This document shows, piece by piece, positions 12,477-22,700 of a stretch of DNA of 35,113 nt (position 1 is its first letter; the number at the start of each line of letters is the position of its first letter). The notes under the pieces are model-generated. The model searched no databases, was not told where the DNA came from, and was given only the letters and a program-made list of their open reading frames with translations. The stretch lies in NCBI GenBank assembly GCA_002256025.1, contig NKIB01009726.1, positions 62,001 through 97,113 of the forward strand, written 5' to 3'. Both the position numbers and the translations under genes were made by a program. This DNA comes from Asterionella formosa (lineage: Eukaryota).

Positions 12477-12665
12477 TACCGGTACCCTTCTCGGTGGGTA
12501 CATGCCTTCTCGTGGACATGTGTACTCGGCTGGGATGGCACTCAAAGGGTGACCTTCTCGCAGCGCCGGGGGCGCCACTCGTACTGTCAAACCATTCGCG
12601 CCACCCAGCTTCGAACACATGTATACTCGCAGGCAAGAGACCACCTCGGGCGTGTAATGCCTTCA
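12477..12665 (-). mobile_element. Repeat family B, apparently full copy: ~190-nt GC-rich fold-back element with putative 6-bp target-site duplication
   Basis: CAACAA at 12471-12476 and 12667-12672. Extensive self-complementarity with G-U pairs on the minus strand. CGAGAAGG occurs three times. A second partial copy lies at 15534-15632. Confidence 0.6.
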
Positions 12666-12895
12666 CCAACAACGAAAACGAATTTTTGGAGGAGGGATCT
12701 TTTCTGAAGATACAAAAAAAATTAAATTGTATTTCTGTTCAGATCGCGCCTTTATATTAGTCATGAAATAAAAGTTAAAATCATATGTATTACCTGATGG
12801 TACCACAGGTACCTAGAACCATGATTCACAAACCGGTAATTCCGGGACCAGTTCCACTCAGATTGTTACCGGTACATCCATTTGCAAGGCCAACC

Positions 12896-14686
12896 ATGCT
12901 GCGCTCCTGTTTCTGTTTCCTCCTGTTTTCTTCCTTTACCCGTTCCACCCAAGCACTCCCCTCCCTTGATGGCATTCCAGCGCAAGCTTGGAAATCTGCA
13001 AACTTGGGTCAGATTGGTGAAGTCTTTCAAAGTACACGTAGACTCTTAGAGGCGAACTATACTTCGGAGGAGGCTTCGCCGCCCCAGCGCCAATGCGGCC
13101 AGGTAATCGGCACTGCTTCGGTTGATGAAATTATTTCGTTCTTAACCACTGGAATATTGAAGGTTTTTTCTAACAGTTCGGGTCTATCGACTTTCATCAC
13201 TTTGGGGATCGAATCGTTGATTCACGTTATAACCTTCTCCGTCCAAGCACAAGTTGTTTGTGGAAGCTGCGATGAGATATTCGAACTATACGCAGGAGAA
13301 GAGTTTCTGAATGCCAGAGGGACGAATTCCTTCTTCTCCTATTGTGGTCCCGAGCGAAATGGCCACGATGCCATGCACAGTGCCCTCTTGTTAGTCCCAA
13401 TTGATAACCTGACTTCTAGCCCACCAATGCGCCAGCTTCCGACCGCAGTGTTCATGCATGGAACAACGGTTTCCACGCAGCTTGTACCTTCCGAATATTA
13501 CCCAAGTGACTTATCTACCTTCATAGATCTAAACGCGGACGATCAGGAGCAGATTTCCCAGTTCCTAGGGTTGTACGATGTCGTGGCGGCTATTTTTGCC
13601 TCGGCGAATGGTGTCGTAAGCATTGCACCGGACTACATTGGGTACGGTCAATCATACCTCTCACCAAAAAGTTACGCTGTGATTAACATGTATCAACAAG
13701 CAGCTGGTGTCTCTTGGCTAAAGGCCAAAACTCAGGTCGAAAAGAATACTAATGGTTGCACTACTTTTCAGAAGGCCGTAACGATAGCGGGATATTCCGA
13801 AGGTGGATTCAGCGCTGTCGCTGCTGCTCTTGCGTTACAAGCCATGAATATTTCAGTTTTCGGTGTAGCAACTGGAGGTGCGCCATTCGATCCCGCTCCG
13901 GAGCTTCAATTCGTCCAGAATCAATTCGATAATAACCCCAACCATACATGGTATCTGAACGTGCTTGTTCCTTTTCTTGGCAATTCTTATTCTTCGACAA
14001 ATGCTGATCTAGTGAACAGCGATATGAGCCAAGATTTCCTTACCTCTGTATGGACGGAAGAAGGCAACTTTACCATGAATGTACTTGCTTGGATGAACTC
14101 AACTCAGACCCGACTTAGCATCTATGAATTGGTCCCAGCAGATCCAAGCTCCATGATAAACCAGGCTGCTGTGACAGCAATGAGAGGCAGCATCGCCGCA
14201 GGTGGCTATAACTTCTGTACAGACGGGGACATTGGGAGCAACATTAATCTCCTCTGTGACGCCTTGCAATCTAACTCATTGGTTGATGAGTTGCTTGCTA
14301 TTCCTTTTCCCGTTACTTTATGCCATTCCCCTGACGACGAGGTGATCATGCAACCAAGAAATATTTCCTCTAACCCAAATATTTCCTCATTCAACCTGCT
14401 TGGGATGGAAGCTAGTGGTAGTCATTTTGAGGCAGCCGTGTTTTGCTTACTTGGTTTCATTACCCCATTCACCAGTTTTGCAACCTTTGGAGGAATCGGC
14501 ATTACCAGCGGCAATCTCCCTTTGGGTGATACCAGTGTTTGTATGCGTGCCAGCAACATAAGTACCAATGCGCCGTCGTCAAATCCTCCAACTGCTACTT
14601 CCAGTGCACCTCTTTCCTTTGCACTTTCTACTACCGCCCTTCTGACAGTAGCATTTCTCGTGGTTCCCTTTGCTTTGTCCTACTAA
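12896..14686 (+). CDS. Secretory lipase-like alpha/beta hydrolase, 596 aa, signal peptide and probable GPI anchor
   Basis: Motifs FMHGT, IAPDYIGYG, nucleophile GYSEGG, acid HSPDDEVI and His GSHFEA. The start is placed at caaccATG 12896, which gives a hydrophobic leader. Ser/Thr/Pro linker and a hydrophobic C-terminal tail. No intron is needed. Confidence 0.88.
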   Translation: MLRSCFCFLLFSSFTRSTQALPSLDGIPAQAWKSANLGQIGEVFQSTRRLLEANYTSEEASPPQRQCGQVIGTASVDEIISFLTTGILKVFSNSSGLSTFITLGIESLIHVITFSVQAQVVCGSCDEIFELYAGEEFLNARGTNSFFSYCGPERNGHDAMHSALLLVPIDNLTSSPPMRQLPTAVFMHGTTVSTQLVPSEYYPSDLSTFIDLNADDQEQISQFLGLYDVVAAIFASANGVVSIAPDYIGYGQSYLSPKSYAVINMYQQAAGVSWLKAKTQVEKNTNGCTTFQKAVTIAGYSEGGFSAVAAALALQAMNISVFGVATGGAPFDPAPELQFVQNQFDNNPNHTWYLNVLVPFLGNSYSSTNADLVNSDMSQDFLTSVWTEEGNFTMNVLAWMNSTQTRLSIYELVPADPSSMINQAAVTAMRGSIAAGGYNFCTDGDIGSNINLLCDALQSNSLVDELLAIPFPVTLCHSPDDEVIMQPRNISSNPNISSFNLLGMEASGSHFEAAVFCLLGFITPFTSFATFGGIGITSGNLPLGDTSVCMRASNISTNAPSSNPPTATSSAPLSFALSTTALLTVAFLVVPFALSY

Positions 14687-14881
14687 CTTTTTATAGAGGC
14701 TAGAATTAACACTTCAGCTTCGATAGTCTCACATCATAGCTATGTTGTATAGGCACAAGGAATAGTCTACATCATAGGGCAAAGCATCTCAGGAGTCATA
14801 TTTTCAAGTCGGTGTTTCGTTCATTTTCAAAATCAGATATTGCCATCAGGTTCGCACTGTGAGGCATCGTCTCAAATAGCT

Positions 14882-15533
14882 AATGGTCGAGGATGGATAA
14901 TAGTTCAGTTTTATATGTAGGCGGATCTTTGGTCAGATCTTAACATAAATACAAAATGGAAAAATTTGTTGCTCGGCCAAATTTATTGTTTCTCACACAT
15001 CCTCAAAATCAACAAGGAAGTCTCTTTGTCTATTTTGAAGCAAATTTCTGCCAGAGAAGATATGATTGATAATGACTCTAGAACTGATTCGAAATTATTT
15101 CCTACCCTATTTTCTGCTTTGCAACACCCGTCGTCACCAATTTTTTATTAGATGATGACTCTGAAAAATCACAGATTATTAAGAAATGTGGATGACCTCA
15201 TAAGAAGAAAATACTTGCTGCAACTGCTCCCAACAAATATGTAAAAAAGCGCAGCACATGCTACAAAGTAATTGATATCTTCTTTGATGAGTAACATTTT
15301 CGAGATATTTTGGATCTTGAAAAGACTCCAACTATGAGTGAGGTTGATGCAAGGAAATTTCCCCGATGCATCCCTGAAAATTATTACGAGAATTTCTATA
15401 CTTTTGATGAAGTTACAAAATCACTGTACCTGACAAACAAGACCCCCGTTTCTCGTACTCTCAAAAGTGGGAGAGCATTTAGGGAATTGGCAATCAAATC
15501 TACAGTCGAAAGGCCAAGATGTGATGTAACTGC
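14882..15533 (+). pseudogene. Decayed ORF of unknown family (stops plus one frameshift), abutting repeat B copy 2
   Basis: ORFs 14966-15151 and 15310- can be joined through one shift near 15145 and readthrough of isolated TAG/TGA/TAA codons to give ~200 protein-like codons. No recognisable motif. Confidence 0.35.
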
Positions 15534-15632
15534 TGAAGGCAATACACGCCCGAGGTGGTCTCTTGCCTGTGAGTATACAAACATGTGTTCGAGGCTGGGT
15601 GGCGCAAGTAGGTTGACCGTACAAGTGGCACC
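15534..15632 (+). repeat. Repeat family B, truncated copy (5' arm only), inverted relative to copy 1
   Basis: Matches the reverse complement of 12571-12665 with 10 substitutions in 95 aligned nt and one 4-nt insertion. Confidence 0.92.
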
Positions 15633-16002
15633 AAAGTCAATCCTGGAGGAGCAGCAAATGATGATTGATCAATTAAGGAGGCGATGGTACTGTAGGAACT
15701 ATTACTTGGTGTGATAGTTGTGGAGAAGCACTGGTGAGTGTATACATTGGTTTTGTCAGTGCAGTGTGATGTTAGCATGTTGTAGGAGGAGGAGAAGGAT
15801 GACCCAGATGGCTGAAGTTTCAAGCAAGGAGCAAGATCAATAATAAAAGCTTGGTTGGCAATGTTACTGTAAACAGTGATGGAGTCAGTTTCAGCTGTAG
15901 GTTCAATTCAGAAAATTATAAGTTGAGATGACAATCAATCTGCCTTGTCGGTTGCGTTGGGTGTGGTGTAGCATTGGAGCATGATCCAGTGCAAAACATG
16001 CT

Positions 16003-16200
16003 GATCTTATTGAAAGAAAGGAAGTACAAATTAAGTACTCTCCAACAGATGCAATGTCAGCAGACTGCATGACGAAACCACTGGTTGGAACGAAATTTAT
16101 TCATTTTTGTCAGCAGATTAGTATGAATTCAAAGAGAGCATCTGTGTCCAGCAGGAGTGTGTTGGAGAAATTATTTTAGGAAAGAAAATCCCGGTATAAA
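16003..16200 (+). mobile_element. Ty1/Copia (CoDi-like) relic: RNase H C-terminus, polypurine tract and start of the 3' LTR
   Basis: Frame from 16003 reads DLIERKEVQIKYSPTDAMSADCMTKPLVGTKF (Copia ADxxTKPL motif). It is followed by CAGCAGGAGTG|TGTTGG, with the LTR starting at 16160. The LTR end was not determined. Confidence 0.85.
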
Positions 16201-17434
16201 TAACCTACTACATATTGAATTGAATGAATCAAAAAGAATATGGTACCAGAGAAAACTCAGAATTCGAAAACAATCTACATCACCAGTAAAACCCATAATT
16301 CTATTAAAATTCTTAGGAGCAATTACAATCGAATTCTGCAACATTGTTGTTCATTTCTACAGCCTATTTGGTCCCTGAGCGACGTGTCCTTACAGGATAC
16401 AAGAAGAAAGCAATAGAGTGCTTTGGGACGCAATTTCAACAGTACCACAGCTAGGGCATCATTTGAGGCGTTAGAAATACCTTGGATTATTGGAATGTGA
16501 TGAATTAAGTTATCATCGAGAGTTTCAATGTGGACAACAATAGTGTTACAGCATTGTTGGTATGACCGTGATTTGCTTGGAAGCGGCCAAACAACAATCA
16601 ACAAAACATACCACAGTGAACTAACCAGGACAACAGGAGCTGTTCACTGATTCCTGCTGTCCTCCTGGCTGGTGTTTCTCACCTTAAGCTGATAGTTCTT
16701 TTAGCACATCAGAAGTGGCTTCGAGCCCTCTTTGTGATTGTTGATTTATGATAATGTAGCAATGAAAATAATGGTGATTGAAAAACCTACAAAACAATGC
16801 CGTTTTAGAGCAGTGGAAAAAGCCAACAAATGACCACTAAAACATGCTGCCAAAATGATCTGATTTGAGATTGTTTAAGACACATAGAAAACATACTAAA
16901 GAATTATAGCTAAAATTTAATGGCTGATCATAACTGACGAAAATACTGTTCATTGACAATGGAAGAAGACTAACTGTTTTGAGTTTTGATAACAAATGAC
17001 CGATCAAGGTCGCTATTGAAGAATATTTAACTGACTGAGGAGGATGTGATCAGCAAGGCCTTTGGATTTCAACAGATGGGGAACCACAATTTTAGTGCCA
17101 CATCAATGAATCAAGTATGATGGGATGATATGAATCCCACAAGAAGTCAAATCATCTGACAACCAGACATATCCATTTGATGAAGAGTTCAGTATTTGAT
17201 TCATCAATGAACACAGTTTGTAGAAGGCTTGAAATGCTTGGTGATGATGAGCATTGCAAAGTGGAATTACTGTTAACACTTTACAGAAAGCCATCATTTC
17301 ATGCCTTCACCTGGTTCATCCTACACTCTTCCAGTTTTGGCAGCCCATTTTTCTTAAGTAAATGGCAGTTGTTTGAGGTGCTATAGGTATTAGTAATCCA
17401 ATTTCCTTAAATACATGGCTGTCCATTTCAGCAG

Positions 17435-17652
17435 GCAAACTAGGGGCTGTTGAAAGTAGTTTGGCAATCCAAAATGGAGCATATGAAATTTACAAAAAAT
17501 GGTTTTTTAAAAGGTAAAATTGCAGACTTGAGTAATCCAAAAACTGAACAAATGAAATATGCAAAATATGTTTTTTAAAATGGGCGAAAGGGGATAAAAT
17601 GGCAACATGTATGTCAATACATGTATGTCAATAGCTAGGTTGTGAAATTGTC
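17435..17652. repeat. Repeat family A, copy 2 (diverged, same orientation as copy 1)
   Basis: aatccaaaa...atgaaat...ttttttaaaa at 17466 and 17534 (period 68). Shares aaac..aggggc..ttg upstream and the terminus atagctaggttgtgaaattgtc with copy 1. Contains a 14-bp duplication, acatgtatgtcaat x2. Confidence 0.55.
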
Positions 17653-18052
17653 AAGTAAGACCCTACTTGGGAAGGGTCTGCCCATTCTCCCTACCAGCGC
17701 TGCAAGAAGGTCTACCTGCAAGGGGCTTCGAAGCCTCGAAACTCCACCCCTCAGTCATGTCTTTTCACCTTCAGCCAGTGCCACGTTGTGATCAACTAAA
17801 AATACTTCCCCTGTGCTGCCATTTGCTAACAAAACCAACAAATGTGGCACCAAGAAACGAAGCACAGGCCCACCATTTATGATGTGGGCATCATGAAAAA
17901 GAAACATAACGGTATGGATGTCTTATGATAGAGAAAAATGTTTATATATCAACTGACTATCATCAACACATTTCTTTCAAATTCGCTCTGCGTAAGAATA
18001 TTACTATTTTTTAAGAGGAGGTATATTAATCGAGTACCACGTAAAATAAGTG

Positions 18053-19178
18053 ATGATATCAAAACAAATATTTGCTTTATTCCATTATTTGCTTCACACG
18101 GAACTGAACGGCACGAAGATCCTTGTTCTTTCCGAGAGGCTTTCTGGCCTCTGGCTGCTGTCCCTAAATTGGCTACGTTTTCGTATAATGCGTGAAAAGG
18201 TTCCGGGAGTGGTGCTTCAGAACTTCGCAACTGCAGCAAGGCTATTCTTTTCAGGTCTGTTTACAGAACGAATTGCTCTCTGTATTGAGGCTGACTCGTC
18301 GACTTTGCTATAGCAATCAGTGATAGCTTGTCAGAATCTCACCGCCTTGCCTGCTCGCTCTAACTCTTTAGGGATCAGAACGCCTGCATCTTTTGTCGCT
18401 GGTTCGTCGCTTGCAGCACTCTTGACAACGACAAAAATTTATCAGAATCGGAGGAGTGCATGGGATCACTTTTTGATTAGACTTTATCATGCTTTGATGT
18501 TGTCATCCTTCACCCTAGGTTTCTTGGTTGTTGTCGTTTCTACGGGAGCTAGTACTTCGCTACTGCACGGAGAATTCAACGCAATGGCCACATCGGCTTA
18601 CAGCATGCTGCGACGAGAGTTCGAGTATGAATTTCTTGTAACGAGGTGGTCCTTGATGATGGCTTTGTTGTGCTTTGTTTCAGGGGCGATTATTCGGATT
18701 GTCTTGGAATTCGATCTCGGAAAGAAAAATCGACGTAATCACGCTTTCGCTTTTGTCTTTATTCTGATTTCACTTCTCACAAACATGCTTAGCTACATGA
18801 ATACGACTCTGTAAGTCCAATGACATCAACCCATAAATATTCTGGGCGTTCAAGCCGACTAACATCTAAAACGCTTTTCCTTACTTTCACAGGTATTGTT
18901 GGGACAACCTGTTTTCTATGACCACCTATTTATTTCAAGTGAGTTAGCGACGCAGTGGGGTCAAAACCCCACATATATACACGCTGCTCATCACCTTTGT
19001 GTTCCAGTTCATAATCAATCAGGTAATTGAAGAACATCGTCCATTACAAATTATATCGATTATTTCAGCAGTAATTGGTTACTTTTTCATGATCCAGGTA
19101 GTTGTATCAGGTAAACTATCTGACGAAGACGACAAGGGTGGGTCGGAAAATGCCTTGCAAAAGACAAAGAAAGAATAG
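18053..19178 (+). CDS. Multi-pass membrane protein of unknown function, 4 exons (18053-18254, 18372-18810, 18893-18938, 19008-19178); the start could instead be ATG 18188
   Basis: Three GT-AG introns (18255-18371, 18811-18892, 18939-19007) join the pieces in frame: FFSGIRTPASFVAGSSLAAL...MNTTLYCWDNLF...FQFIINQ...KKE*. About 5 hydrophobic segments. Confidence 0.75.
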
Positions 19179-19728
19179 GAGGAATCATATAAACGATGTA
19201 ATGGGCTGCTCCTGTCAATAAGTGCAATGTTTTGGATTTCAAAAAATTCAAGCAGGATCCTTGCTCTGATGATCAAACCATTTTGAAATTTCTCAATGTG
19301 AGGTTGGGAGAAAAAGAAAAAGATTTTTATCGTATTGTGTAGTTCCGATGAAGGTCCACATTATCATCAGTCACAATAGGAATCTTGATGTGATGCAATT
19401 TTCCGTTTTTAGGGGTGAGGCATCTACCCAGGCTGACGCGTTGCTATAAAATAACATGGTTTTTTAATTCTGATCATACGCTCCGGTAAAGAGATACTGT
19501 CATGAGTTGTGAGTACGCATCTAGGTGTAGCTAGGTCAAGTAAGAAACAATTTTGTTGACTCGATAAAATTGCATAAGCACTGATATGGGTTTTCAGCTA
19601 CGAAAAATGCTCCAACACTCATGTTCGCCGATAATTTTTCACTTTTTTAGTCTTCTACATCAGTAGAATGTAAACTGTAGTTAGCTTCAAAACTTCGTAG
19701 ATTGGTTTATTGAATGAGAACTAATTGC

Positions 19729-22700
19729 TTAGTTTCGAGGCCAGCCACCATGATCAAACATGGGAAGATGATCGTAACGTCGATCATCGTCGCCAAGATG
19801 AGCGGAGGCTTCGGAACAAATGAGACCAAGCCGTCGCTCAAGAACATTTGATGTTGGAAATTCAGAAGCGTTTACAGTAACCCACTGCTTTATTTCACTA
19901 GCAGATGCGTTTGTCGGAAGTTGTCGTGCGAATCTCGTGCGCAGATCCTCCTCAATATAAGCTTTAGAAAAGAATCCCAATTCATTTTCGCGGTTTCTGA
20001 TGATGCCGAAAATTCCACCGTGGGCAGCATGTAGAACTAGTCCAACATCGTGGATAGAAGGGTTCCACCAAAGAGGTAATCCTTGCATGGACTTCTGCAT
20101 CATAGCTGAGCGAAGAATTCCTAAACCCATTTCACTAACGATTTTGCCACTACGCACAAGGTATTGCGCAGTTCGAAGAAGACGGGCTCGCCTGAGAATA
20201 GCAGCGGCATTAGCGACAGCCTCAATCGAATGCTTGCGGACGGGGACTGATGGATCAGGTACAGGCGTCATCAGTTCCTCCGTTGGTTCCTGATAAAGAC
20301 TGTATCCAAGGGCTGTCTCATATCGCCCCTTACTCCATCGAGTATTTCGAGTAGTAGGGCCATTACCATACACGCATAGCTTAACGCAATGAGGAAGAAG
20401 GACGCACTCTATGTAATCCTTGATTGCTGCGGGAGTGGGTGTGTCTAGACCATCCCCCAAGGCACTTGCAGCAGAAATGAAACTCTCGAAATTGAAAAGC
20501 TGGACACCAGACTTTTCATTCCCAAGCCACTCTTGCACTGATGGATGCAATGAGCAGTCACTTGAATTGTCCGCAAGTGCACAGTACCCAAAGTGTAGCG
20601 CAGTGACAGCCAAACAAGCACGGAGTCTTGCCGATTGTTGAAAAGGAGTCGACAAAATGCTTTGGGGGACCAGTGCAGGATCGATACATCCTCTTGCTCT
20701 GTTCTTACTTGATTCGCCGCCTCCCTTTGAGTCGACATCATCCATTGCAACTGCTTTCACTTCCTGGATGTTGTCGCAGGCTATCTTGATAGTTTCTCCG
20801 TTCATGCTGTCAGAGGTGTTGTTGAATCCTTCTGTCAATGTTTCGGGCTTTGCTACCGCATTCTCGTTCCTTTCATGCGATATCATCGCATCAATAATAT
20901 CATTATCAGTAAGAGTGAGAGCCAAGATTGCATAACGAGTAAGATTCATGGGAACGCCAAGCGCTCGAAGGTATTTCGGCGCATCTGGTCCGTAACTGAC
21001 TTGTGCGAGTTCCGCGGAAGCCATACCGACAGCAAAATCACTGCCATCATCCAAACTTCGGTGAGAAGCACCGCACTGGTTGGAGCTCAAACCAGTACCT
21101 CTAATCCAATCATTGGCAATGGCCAATGAAGTCGAGGACCTAGAGACGACTTCGCGATGAACCATTGCTTCAGCGGTCTCGTCAACAGGCACGCAATCAT
21201 CCTCATATTCTGGATTTATGGTTCCTAGTCCAGTCGAATCGAGTGAAAAAACCAGTCTCAATAGGCGCTCGTCAAGTAATCTCGCATCTGGCATAGGCAA
21301 AGTGTGCATGGACGGCTTCTTTTTTGTTTTTGACGCTTCAGCATCATCGTCTGCTTCAATTGAATGTACACCGATACGTATAGCTGATTTCATTTTCTGC
21401 GCTAGCCTTGAGAGGGTAATCAAGTGCGCATGGTCCTGATCACCGTCAATAGAATAAACATTGTCAGTTTCTACAGTTACTTTCTCTTCTTCCGATGCCT
21501 TCTTTTGAAGTGCGACAGCTGCGGCGACAGCTGCCTGTGCCTCCTTTTGCTGCTTGAATTTCGCCGATTCCAACGCGTCTTCGAAAACCTGTCGTGCTGC
21601 CACTGTCGCGGAGTCAAACTTAAAGATAGCATCTGAGCAACCTTGTTCTGCTATCATACATCGTTCAATTAATCGGCCGAAGACCAGCTCAGTATCTGAG
21701 CACATGGACTCATAATTCCCATACCCGTGTACGAAAGCTCCGACAATCAAAGCAATATCACATGAACGATCCCACCAAGTCGATGGATTCCTTGCGTGAT
21801 TTCTCGATTTCAAACGAGAACCTACAGCTATTAAAAGTTCTTCGGTGGTTACATAGCGCATCTTGAGATCTGCGTCTAGACAGGAAACGTCCTTCGCAAG
21901 ACAACCCCTTCTCCCAAGCTCTTCGACACCCAGCGCCGCAAGGATGTCATGGAGGGAGTCTTCCATAATCATATTTAAGCGGTTGAGAATTCCCAAACGT
22001 CGCAAACCTCGAAAAGCAGGTCCTTTGCGGAGCTCGATCATGTAGTCGGGGTCCGCTAGAGCTTGCGGAATTCTCAACGACCTTTGATTAGTTTCGATTT
22101 CAACGTACAGCATTATGGCGCTGCGCACTGAATCACATATCCAGTCAACCTCGCCTGGGAATGCATTACCGAGCCAAGTTGAAATAACGGGTCGTAACTG
22201 CCCTTCAATACAGCCATCATCACCTGATTTTGTAGTCAAGCCTTTCTTCAGGTATGCCATCAATAACGAAGCAGCTTGCAGCGCAATTTGATAGATAAAA
22301 GCTCGCGCAAAGACTTCAAGATCTTGTAATGGCAAGCTTGTGAGGTTGGAGTCGTTTCGGAGTTTCGAGAAGCGCCCAAATCCAAACCTAAGGACCGCAC
22401 TAGCTGCACGATTTCTCTGGGGGACTTCCCACGCCTGGCGAAGCTTTTCCAAAATAGGGTCCTCGAATTCCGCTCGGCGACTTGCTCTTGACTTTTCAGT
22501 CTTTTTTAGCTTCTTGGGTCTCACTTCACCTACAACTTTTAACATTGGTTCTAGGGGGGTGAGTGGAGGCGGAGTGGGCGTCTGAATGTCATTGCTGTCG
22601 TCTAATTCATGTTTCTTCCTTTCTTTAGCGACAGACTTTTTCTGGCGCCTTGCCAATCGCTCCCGCTCTCGCTCATCCTTTTCCTCCTGGATTTTGGCAT

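Noticed and set aside
12590..12620. tRNA-like A box (TGGCGCGAATGG) and B box (GTTCGAA) in element B
   Set aside because: The B-like box lies upstream of the A-like box, and no cloverleaf forms.
12681..12706. Sm-site-like AATTTTTGG followed by a weak hairpin
   Set aside because: No U1/U2/U4/U5 signature sequence upstream; the motif is common by chance.
12785..12895. Longer N-terminus of the lipase ORF
   Set aside because: Pro-rich and non-signal-like, and overlaps GGTACC/TACCGGTA non-coding motifs. ATG 12896 gives a proper signal peptide.
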